24,966 nucleotides of DNA from Sphingobacteriales bacterium (lineage in GTDB: Bacteria; Bacteroidota; Bacteroidia; Sphingobacteriales; Sphingobacteriaceae), in NCBI GenBank assembly GCA_020058405.1, contig JAGVEE010000138.1, positions 1-24,966 of the forward strand, read 5' to 3'. Below are positions 8,838-16,496 of this stretch, piece after piece. Each line of letters starts with the position of its first letter. Position 1 is the first letter of the stretch. Made by a program: the position numbers and the translations under genes. The notes beneath the pieces are model-generated. The model made no database searches. It was not told where the DNA came from and saw only the letters and a list, made by a program, of their open reading frames with translations.

Positions 8838-10370
8838 ATGGCAGGTAAAGAAACCCCAAGGCAGAAGATGATCGGGATGATGTACTTAGTGTTAACAGCA
8901 ATGTTGGCATTAAACGTCTCTGAGGAATTTATGAATGCCTTTAAATTAGTAAACGATGGTTTGGAAACAACTGCGGAGAATTTTGCTGCGGCTAATAAAA
9001 TGACTTATGATGCATTTGAACAGTCGATGAAAAATGATCCAAAGAAAACTGGGCCATACCGTGACAAAGCATTACAAGCTCAAAAATATTCTCAAGAATT
9101 AGACAAATACATTATTGAGTTGAAAAAAGAGCTTACAGCAGAAGCTGGTGGTATTGATGAAGAAACGGGTGATATCGCTAAAAGAAGTGATATGGAAATC
9201 GGTGTTCAATTAATGATCACTAATAAAAAAGGTACTGACTTAAAAACAAAAATTTTAGATACAAGAAAAAAATATCTCGCATTGGTAGATCAATCAGATC
9301 GTTCTAATTTCGATTTCAGCTTAAATGCTGTTGAACCAGGAGCAGATAAAGAAGGTATTAAAAAATCTTGGGAAGGTAAAAATTTCGAAGGTGTACCAGT
9401 AACTGCAATTGTTACTATTCTTTCTAAAATACAAAACGATAATAAAAACGCAGAAGCAGAGGTTACTAAATATTTATTAAGTAAAATTAATGCTTCCGAT
9501 TTTAAATTCGACCAATTAGAGGCAACTGTAGTTGCTCCTACAAGTTATGTGTTAGTTGGACAAACGTATGAAGCAGATGTATTTATTTCTGCATCAAGTT
9601 CTACTCAAAACCCAAGCATTGTAGTTGGCGGACAAACATTAAAAGTGGAGAATGGAAAAGGTAAATACATGGTAACACCTAATAAAGAAGGCTTAGTGAA
9701 ATGGGGTGGTGTTATTAATGTAAAAGGACCAGACGGTGCAATTAAGCCTTACAAATTTGAAGCAGAATACCAAGCAGCAAAACCAACTGCAGTAGTTTCT
9801 GCAGATAAGATGAACGTATTTTACGTAGGTGTTGATAACCCAGTTTCTATTTCTGCACCAGGTGTTCCTAAAGATAAAATTAAAGCAACCATTAATGGTG
9901 AAGGTTCTAGTATTTCTGGATCAAACGGAGTGTACACAGTACGTGTTGCAAAACCAGGTACAAAAGTAATGGTAACTGTTTCTGCTGAAGTTTCTAAAGG
10001 ACAAGTAAAGAATTTAGGTGGTATGGAGTATCGTGTAAAACGTATTCCGGATCCAGTTGCTAAAGTGGCAGGTATAACAAGTGGTAGCATTTCTGCTTCT
10101 TCGTTAAAAGCTCAAAGAGGTGTATTTGCAGTATTAGATAACTTTGATTTCGATTTGAAATTCAACGTAAAATCTTTCTCAGCAATTATTATCAGAGCAC
10201 GCCAAGACTTAATACGTTTACAATCTAACTCTGCAGCTATTACGCCAGAGATGTTAGGTGCGATGAACGGTTTAGGACCAAAAGACAAAGTGATATTTGA
10301 TGATATCGTTGCTTCTGGACCAGACGGTACAAACAGAAAATTGAATTCAGTAGTGATTTCAATTCAGTAA
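8838..10370 (+). CDS. gldM: T9SS/gliding motor subunit GldM (PorM), 510 aa
   Basis: ETPRQKMIGMMYLVLTAMLALNVS N-terminal TM signature; VVSADKMNVFYVGVDNPVSISAPG; YRVKRIPDP. Confidence 0.97.
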   Translation: MAGKETPRQKMIGMMYLVLTAMLALNVSEEFMNAFKLVNDGLETTAENFAAANKMTYDAFEQSMKNDPKKTGPYRDKALQAQKYSQELDKYIIELKKELTAEAGGIDEETGDIAKRSDMEIGVQLMITNKKGTDLKTKILDTRKKYLALVDQSDRSNFDFSLNAVEPGADKEGIKKSWEGKNFEGVPVTAIVTILSKIQNDNKNAEAEVTKYLLSKINASDFKFDQLEATVVAPTSYVLVGQTYEADVFISASSSTQNPSIVVGGQTLKVENGKGKYMVTPNKEGLVKWGGVINVKGPDGAIKPYKFEAEYQAAKPTAVVSADKMNVFYVGVDNPVSISAPGVPKDKIKATINGEGSSISGSNGVYTVRVAKPGTKVMVTVSAEVSKGQVKNLGGMEYRVKRIPDPVAKVAGITSGSISASSLKAQRGVFAVLDNFDFDLKFNVKSFSAIIIRARQDLIRLQSNSAAITPEMLGAMNGLGPKDKVIFDDIVASGPDGTNRKLNSVVISIQ

Positions 10371-10397
10371 TTGAATTAACTCTATAGTATTATAGAC

Positions 10398-11234
10398 ATG
10401 AAAAATAAATTTATCTTATCACTGATTACTTTGCTCTTTGCAGCAAGCATCAGTTTCGCGCAAACGGAACCACCTTTAGATGGGGTGTACCAAAAAATTA
10501 ACGTGAAAACAGCAAGCGTAACGCCTTATGCTCCTTTAAGAGAAGCAGATGCGATGTGGGCTAAACGTGTTTGGAGGGTTATTGATTTGAAAGAAAAACA
10601 AAACCTTGTAATGACGTACCCAAGAGCGAAGCTTATTGACGTAATTATGGACGCTGTGTTAGCAGGTGAATTAACCGCTTACAACCCAAATCCAAGTGGA
10701 CCGAAAGATTTCGGTGATGAATTTAAAGTACCAATGACTCCTGAAGAGGTTGCTCAAATTGGTGCAGGTACAGACACTACAGATGTTGAACAATTAGACG
10801 GAACTTTCCAAACAGTTATTACTGTTCGTGAATTAAACCGCGACGATGTGGTAGCATACCGTGTAAAAGAAGATTGGGTATTCGATAAACAACGCTCTAT
10901 TTACGAGCCACGTATTATTGGTATCGCTCCAATTTTAATTTACAGAAATTCTTCTGGAGAAGAAGTAGGTAAAGGACCATTGTTCTGGATCTATTTCCCT
11001 GAAGCACGTAAAGTATTTTCTAATGCTGAAGTGTTTAACCGCCAAAATGATGCTGCTCGTTTTAGCTATGATGATTTATTTACTCAACGTATGTTTAGTA
11101 GTTATATCACTAAATGGTCTAACGAAAAGGATTTCCGTATCGAAGATTATGCAACAGGTATGGATGGTTTAATTGAAGCAAATAGAATTAAACAAGCATT
11201 GTTCGAATTCGAACATGACTTATGGGAATACTAA
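10398..11234 (+). CDS. gldN: T9SS/gliding ring protein GldN (PorN), 278 aa
   Basis: Signal peptide; YAPLREADAMWAKRVWRVIDL, YRVKEDWVFDKQRS, RIIGIAP, LFWIYFPEAR, C-terminal FEFEHDLWEY. Confidence 0.96.
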   Translation: MKNKFILSLITLLFAASISFAQTEPPLDGVYQKINVKTASVTPYAPLREADAMWAKRVWRVIDLKEKQNLVMTYPRAKLIDVIMDAVLAGELTAYNPNPSGPKDFGDEFKVPMTPEEVAQIGAGTDTTDVEQLDGTFQTVITVRELNRDDVVAYRVKEDWVFDKQRSIYEPRIIGIAPILIYRNSSGEEVGKGPLFWIYFPEARKVFSNAEVFNRQNDAARFSYDDLFTQRMFSSYITKWSNEKDFRIEDYATGMDGLIEANRIKQALFEFEHDLWEY

Positions 11235-11273
11235 GATCTAGTCTTTAGAAATTAGTCATTAGATATTAGAAAG
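11232..11273. repeat. Degenerate 7-bp tandem repeat, 6 units (TAAGATC TAGTCTT TAGAAAT TAGTCAT TAGATAT TAGAAAG)
   Basis: TAG at 11239, 11246, 11253, 11260 and 11267 with exact 7-nt period; the gldN TAA stop at 11232 is in the same register. Confidence 0.8.
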
Positions 11274-11303
11274 AGAGCTGCGGATAACGCGGCTCTTTTT
11301 TTT
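11274..11303 (+). terminator. Rho-independent terminator of gldKLMN
   Basis: Stem AGAGCTGCG (11274-11282) / loop GATAA / CGCGGCTCT (11288-11296) with one G-U pair; T8 run at 11296-11303. Confidence 0.9.
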
Positions 11304-11385
11304 GTTTAGATATTGATGTTTTGTTTAGTATTATTTTGATAATTAGTTATTTGTAATTAAATTGTATTATCTACATCGAAAAAAT

Positions 11386-13596
11386 ATGAAAAATTACTAC
11401 AAATTTACTTACATGATTTTGTTTATGTTAATAATAAGCAAAATAAGTTCTGCTCAATTTAATAGAACATTTAATCAAGACAGTATTTTTTATAAGAATA
11501 ATGCTTGGAATATAAAGATAGATACTTCTTTTATTCCCTTTGATTCGACTAGTGTAATATTAAAATTTAGTTCGAATGTAAATAGAGATGTTATAATAAA
11601 TTATTTACAACTTAAAAACTTAGTTTTAATAGACTCTTTATTCGATTATAAATTATGCAGACTAGATTCCAATTGGATTTTTAGTAGAAGTTTAGATAGT
11701 ATTGAAAGTAATACTCTATTTGAAATAATAGAATTAAATTCTTCTGGAATTCTAACAAATGACCCCAATGATTCTTTATTTCTAAATCAAACACATTTAG
11801 ATACCAATAATAAAGCAGCACTTGATGTTATACGTGCGTGGTATAGTGGCTATGGTAATCAAAACATAATTGTGGCTGTTATTGATCAATATCCAGATTG
11901 GTCACATGACGATATTGGTTTTAGTATCAATGACAATTATAGTAATATTTGGATAAACCCAAAAGAAGACGCATGGGCAGATCCAAATATACCTATTGGT
12001 GATAGTGTTGATAATGATGGGAATGGACTAATTGATGATTGGAAAGGTTGGGATTTTAGAAATAATGATAATGACACAAGACCTTCTATGAATGATGGTG
12101 GGCACGGAACTCAGATTGCTGGAATCATTGGAGCTAAAACAAATAATAGTTTAGGAATTGCCGGTATAGCTGGAGGAAATAACAATCCTGGTGTTCGAAT
12201 AATGCCAATTAACATTATGAAAAAGCATTCTGATGTAGGAGCGTTTTTTACATTTTTTGATTTAGCAAAAGCGATAAATTATGCGGCAGAAAACAATGCA
12301 GATATTATATCCTTGTCTCTGAACACAGGAAATAACACATCGCCATCAGACCTATTGGACTTTGTATTTACAAGAGCATATGAAAAATATAATGTTTTAA
12401 TTTTTTGCTCTTCTGGGAATTATTCATTTGGTAAAATTTATTATCCTTCATCGCACCCTTTAGTATACTCAGTTGGCGGTATTAATTTAGAAGCCACAGA
12501 GAATATGTTTACGTTTGGTGATTATAATAACAACAAAATATTAGATTTTGTAGCTATTGGCGAATACATTTACACAACTACAGTTGGAAATCAGTACATA
12601 GCAAACATAAGGGGTACGTCTTTTGCTTCTCCTCAAGTATCAGGTATAGCAGCATTAATACTATCTAGTTACCCTTGTTTAACGAATAGTGCTGTTTATG
12701 AGGTAATGAAAGGTACTGCCAAAAGAAATATTTTCCCAAATCACGTATTGGAGTTTGAATTTGAGAATGGGACCTTGTCTAATGAATTTGGATATGGAAT
12801 CCCTTATGCTGTAAATGCTCTAGCTTTATTAAATTCTTATGAGCTTACAAACTATACAGTTTCAACTTCTGAAGCAATTAGCTCTACTAAGATAGCTTTG
12901 GAGGACATAATAGTTGAATCTGGAGGGATCTTGAATATTTCTGGCGAACTCCAAATGTCTGAAGATAAAAAAATTGTTGTACAACCTGGTGGCAAGTTAA
13001 TTATTGATGGCGGAAAGATAACAAGTGGTTGTGGTTGGAAAGGTATAGAAGTAATAGGCTTAGCTACTGAAAATCAAAATACAAGCAGTTTTGGTTTTGT
13101 AGAGATAAAAAACAATGCAACCATAGAACATGCCATGGTTGCAATTAGGTCTATTGATGGAGGTGTCGTACAAACGAAATCTGAGTCCGTATTTAGAAAC
13201 AATTACCAGTCTATTGTATTTGAAAAATATACAAATAACCATCAACATACAATTATAGAAAACACTAAATTCCTTTGCGATGGCCCGGTATTAAAATTAC
13301 TCAAAGGTGCTACAGGTAGAGTACAAGCTAGTAAAGAGTTTATTCGTATTGCAGAGACTTCAAAAATTAATATTGAAGATTGCGAGTTTATTAATGAGTT
13401 TAAAGGGAAAGGCATTTATTCTAAAGTAATTGGTGTAAATATGTATAATGCTAAATTTATAACGATACAAGATGCAAATGTTTTTAATGGGTTATCAATT
13501 GGTATAAATGCAGCTAGTTTAAATGGGCTATTAAATTTTTACAATATTAAGAGTAATACATTTACTAATGTAGATGAATCAATTAAAAATTTATAA
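11386..13596 (+). CDS. S8 (subtilisin-like) serine peptidase with prodomain and start of a beta-helix region; N-terminal part of a frameshifted T9SS cargo gene
   Basis: Signal peptide (MKNYYKF...ISSA/Q); catalytic Asp VAVID (11884), His GHGTQIAGIIGA (12103), oxyanion Asn SSGN (12418), Ser GTSFASPQVSGIAALILS (12619); DNDGNGLIDDWKGWDF Ca-loop-like insert. No C-terminal sorting domain in this frame. Confidence 0.9.
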   Translation: MKNYYKFTYMILFMLIISKISSAQFNRTFNQDSIFYKNNAWNIKIDTSFIPFDSTSVILKFSSNVNRDVIINYLQLKNLVLIDSLFDYKLCRLDSNWIFSRSLDSIESNTLFEIIELNSSGILTNDPNDSLFLNQTHLDTNNKAALDVIRAWYSGYGNQNIIVAVIDQYPDWSHDDIGFSINDNYSNIWINPKEDAWADPNIPIGDSVDNDGNGLIDDWKGWDFRNNDNDTRPSMNDGGHGTQIAGIIGAKTNNSLGIAGIAGGNNNPGVRIMPINIMKKHSDVGAFFTFFDLAKAINYAAENNADIISLSLNTGNNTSPSDLLDFVFTRAYEKYNVLIFCSSGNYSFGKIYYPSSHPLVYSVGGINLEATENMFTFGDYNNNKILDFVAIGEYIYTTTVGNQYIANIRGTSFASPQVSGIAALILSSYPCLTNSAVYEVMKGTAKRNIFPNHVLEFEFENGTLSNEFGYGIPYAVNALALLNSYELTNYTVSTSEAISSTKIALEDIIVESGGILNISGELQMSEDKKIVVQPGGKLIIDGGKITSGCGWKGIEVIGLATENQNTSSFGFVEIKNNATIEHAMVAIRSIDGGVVQTKSESVFRNNYQSIVFEKYTNNHQHTIIENTKFLCDGPVLKLLKGATGRVQASKEFIRIAETSKINIEDCEFINEFKGKGIYSKVIGVNMYNAKFITIQDANVFNGLSIGINAASLNGLLNFYNIKSNTFTNVDESIKNL

Positions 13597-14959
13597 TTCT
13601 CGTGCTCATATACATAACAATGATTTTGAATTAACTAGTAATGCTGAAATTTCAGGCAATAATTTTATTCCATCTGTAGGAGTTTATACTTTGGGCTCGA
13701 TGGTTAAAATTACAGATAATAGCTTTAGTACAGATTTTAATGATGATGGTTATGGCATGGTAATTCGCAATACTAAAACTTTATTTGAAAGTAAAATTGA
13801 AGGAAATTCAATTTCCAATTTGCGTTTTGGAACTCAATTAGAGCAAGCTAATAAAAGACTTCGGTTATATTGCAACAGTTATAGCAATATATCTCTAAAC
13901 GATTGGAGTGTGAATCCTATTTATGCTGGTGATAATTTATTGCCAATGCAAGGAACATCATTATCAACATTAGAACCCGGATTAAGAAGGGCTGGCAATT
14001 TATTTTATGATAGAGATATTGAAGAGTTATCAACTAAACATATTCGATCTAGTTTTGGGTTTAAATATAATGCTGCAAATTCACCTGATGAAGCAGTTCC
14101 TGAATACATTAGCCCAAATGTCGAAGTTGAGCCGTTTTTTGAATCTAATAACATATCTTGTTCAGTAGAAGAGCTACCTTGTGTATTGTCACCTTGTAAT
14201 CCATCAGAATGGCAAGAGTTATTATTAAATACTTCTGAGGAAGATTCAATTGTTTTTTATCAACAAGAGTTATTATACTCTATTGCTCAACAAGACGATA
14301 TTTCTGAATCTGTGAGCATACTAGAATTATTATCAGATTCAGTAGATTATTTGGAACTTTTAATTGGTATACATATAAATTTGAACAATTATGAGGCGGC
14401 TAGTTTTGCATTACAAAATCATTCTGTAATAACTGAGCGCGACCAAGATTATTATAATTTTTACACAAGCATTTTGGATAGAGAATTTAACGAAATCCCT
14501 TCCGACTCCATACCAAATTCAGACAGTACTCTGTATGCTGATATAATGAGCCATGGAAACGATGTATCCGATTTAGTTAAAGCATATCTCAATTTTAATT
14601 TCGATTCTAGTTTTGTGGTTTCTCCAGAATTATGGGAAGAAGAATCGTCGAGACCAATTTTTAATCCAGAACAAAATAGTAAGGATAGAACCTATAATCA
14701 AAAAACAAAACTTAACACTTCAATCCATCCAAACCCCAGTAATAAAGAGTTATTTGTCTCATATATTTCTAATGAACACAATCAGCTAACCATTTCAATA
14801 AGTAATGTATTAGGTGAAATTGTTCTAAATAAATTAGAACTCAAAAATAACATACGCGAGAAAATTGAAATAAATAATATTCCTTCTGGAGTCTATTATA
14901 TAAGTTTTAATTCAGAACATGGCAGAATATCCGTAGAAAAAATTGTTATTATTCATTGA
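13574..14959 (+). CDS. C-terminal part of the same gene: parallel beta-helix repeats, acidic helical region, T9SS type A C-terminal sorting domain
   Basis: No signal peptide; IxxNxF repeats (IHNNDF, ITDNSF, IEGNSI, LYCNSY); CTD SIHPNPSNKELFV...NVLGEIV...IPSGVYYISF...EKIVIIH. In the +1 frame relative to the upstream ORF, overlapping it by 23 nt. Confidence 0.85.
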   Translation: MNQLKIYNSRAHIHNNDFELTSNAEISGNNFIPSVGVYTLGSMVKITDNSFSTDFNDDGYGMVIRNTKTLFESKIEGNSISNLRFGTQLEQANKRLRLYCNSYSNISLNDWSVNPIYAGDNLLPMQGTSLSTLEPGLRRAGNLFYDRDIEELSTKHIRSSFGFKYNAANSPDEAVPEYISPNVEVEPFFESNNISCSVEELPCVLSPCNPSEWQELLLNTSEEDSIVFYQQELLYSIAQQDDISESVSILELLSDSVDYLELLIGIHINLNNYEAASFALQNHSVITERDQDYYNFYTSILDREFNEIPSDSIPNSDSTLYADIMSHGNDVSDLVKAYLNFNFDSSFVVSPELWEEESSRPIFNPEQNSKDRTYNQKTKLNTSIHPNPSNKELFVSYISNEHNQLTISISNVLGEIVLNKLELKNNIREKIEINNIPSGVYYISFNSEHGRISVEKIVIIH

Positions 14960-14961
14960 TT

Positions 14962-16485
14962 ATGAAAGCTAGTTTAGTTATTACTTTATTTTTCCTACTT
15001 ACTATTTCAAAAATTAGTTTAAGTCAAAATACTTTTTCAAAGTTTTATGATAACAATACAAATGGAAACCGAATTTCTGACCAAGGACATGATTTTCACG
15101 TTTTAAAAGATTCTGGATTTTTATTTCCGACTATTTCAGTTAATTTATATGAAATTGACACATTTAACTTTGCTGTTTCTTATTTACAAATCATAAGAAC
15201 AAATAAAATAGGAGATACAGTTTTTAAAAAAGTATACAGAAGAAAGAATCATAATATAGTAACAAAATATATCGTAAAAAATAGCGATTCTTCATTTCTT
15301 CTTGCTGGTTATATCTTCGATTTGGTTAAATACAAAGCAGATTCTACTGGTGCAGAAATACTATTGGTGAAAATTAATTTAAACGGAGATACCCTATGGA
15401 CAAAAACAGTAGGAATTAGTGATGGAGATGAATTAGTATCGCGAATCATTAGTACCAATGATGGAGGGTTCGCCATTTTTGGCCAAACTTGCAACAAAAA
15501 AGAAACAAACTGTGATTACTTTCTAATGAAGGTTGATAGCAATGGCACTAAACTATGGCAGAGTACTTATTCATTAAATGCTAATTCATGGGAATTGCCT
15601 CAATCTGTTATTGAAACAAAAGAAAAAGGATTCTTAATGGTTGGGCATACTACTGGTGGTATTAATTCTGTCATAGTGAAAGTAGATTCTTTAGGAAAGC
15701 AATTATGGAAAAAAAGTTTTAATAAAAATGGTGCAACATTTTCATTTGTAATAAATGTTTATCATGCTGAAAATAACACCTATTTATTTGTAGGTGGGAT
15801 TGGGAATAGTGTATCTCATAAAGGTTGGATTTTACGAACAGATACCTCTGGTAAATTTATAAAGGAAACTAGAACCGGTAAAGACGGTTATTATACTACC
15901 TTTAGAGCACTAGTAGAAAGTGATGACAAAATTTATGCACAAGGTGAAACAAAAGAATACGTGCTCCCTCAATCAGACGATTTACAAACTTGCCTATACG
16001 CTTTTACCAGCACAGGAGACCCTTTATGGCGTAGAACTTACCCAGATTCATTAGTAAAAAATAAAAGATATTTGATTTACGATATGAAGCCTTCCTTAGA
16101 CAATGGTTTTGCCATGATTGGTTTTGGTATGGACCCCCAAGCAACTAATCCTCAAAACAATCAAGATGTATGGTTTTTAAAAGTAGACAGCAACGGCTGC
16201 TTGTACCAACCGTGTGTAGATATGACCGTGGGAATAAATAAAATGCATGAAAAATTAGCAGCAGTCAAGATTTATCCTAATCCAAGTAAAGGGCATTTTT
16301 TTATTGAAACAGATGAAAAAATTAAAGAAATAGAGGTATTTGATTTATTAGGGCAAAGTGTTTATATGAACTTGAATTTAGTGAAGAATGAAATAAATAT
16401 CAGTCATCTTGATAATGGATTTTATGTTATAAAAATCATCATGCTTTCTGGTATAGAGTATTCAGAACGAGTTATTAAACAATAA
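14962..16485 (+). CDS. T9SS type A CTD protein with seven (K/R)xDxxGxxxW-type repeats (probable 7-bladed beta-propeller), ~507 aa
   Basis: Signal peptide MKASLVITLFFLLTISKISLS/Q; repeats RTNKIGDTVF, KINLNGDTLW, KVDSNGTKLW, KVDSLGKQLW, RTDTSGKFI, AFTSTGDPLW, KVDSNGCLY; CTD KIYPNPSKG...FDLLGQ...LDNGFYVIKI...RVIKQ. The propeller fold is inferred from the repeats. Confidence 0.82.
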   Translation: MKASLVITLFFLLTISKISLSQNTFSKFYDNNTNGNRISDQGHDFHVLKDSGFLFPTISVNLYEIDTFNFAVSYLQIIRTNKIGDTVFKKVYRRKNHNIVTKYIVKNSDSSFLLAGYIFDLVKYKADSTGAEILLVKINLNGDTLWTKTVGISDGDELVSRIISTNDGGFAIFGQTCNKKETNCDYFLMKVDSNGTKLWQSTYSLNANSWELPQSVIETKEKGFLMVGHTTGGINSVIVKVDSLGKQLWKKSFNKNGATFSFVINVYHAENNTYLFVGGIGNSVSHKGWILRTDTSGKFIKETRTGKDGYYTTFRALVESDDKIYAQGETKEYVLPQSDDLQTCLYAFTSTGDPLWRRTYPDSLVKNKRYLIYDMKPSLDNGFAMIGFGMDPQATNPQNNQDVWFLKVDSNGCLYQPCVDMTVGINKMHEKLAAVKIYPNPSKGHFFIETDEKIKEIEVFDLLGQSVYMNLNLVKNEINISHLDNGFYVIKIIMLSGIEYSERVIKQ

Positions 16486-16496
16486 TTATATTTTTG

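Larger units (their letters stand above)
11386..14959 (+). pseudogene. Single ~1190-aa T9SS-secreted S8 protease gene interrupted by one extra base (real pseudogene or sequence error)
   Basis: Removing one A from the A5 run at 13585-13589 fuses the two ORFs into ...NTFTNVDESIKIYNSRAHIHNNDF..., placing the signal peptide and the CTD on one chain. Confidence 0.65.

Noticed and set aside
13589-13596. A_AAT_TTA followed by a stop, identical in form to the Rous sarcoma virus -1 slippery heptamer, at the protease frameshift
   Set aside because: The downstream ORF is in the +1 frame. A -1 slip gives only about 14 more codons (FIILVLIYITMILN) before a TAA, so it cannot produce the fusion.
11386-16485. 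Low GC as evidence of horizontal transfer of the cargo block
   Set aside because: Spot counts of a few 60-nt lines gave about 20-37% GC here versus about 40% in one gldM line, but the resident Omp85 and DUF4271 genes look equally AT-rich. The contrast may reflect expression-linked codon bias in the gld genes. A proper computation is needed.
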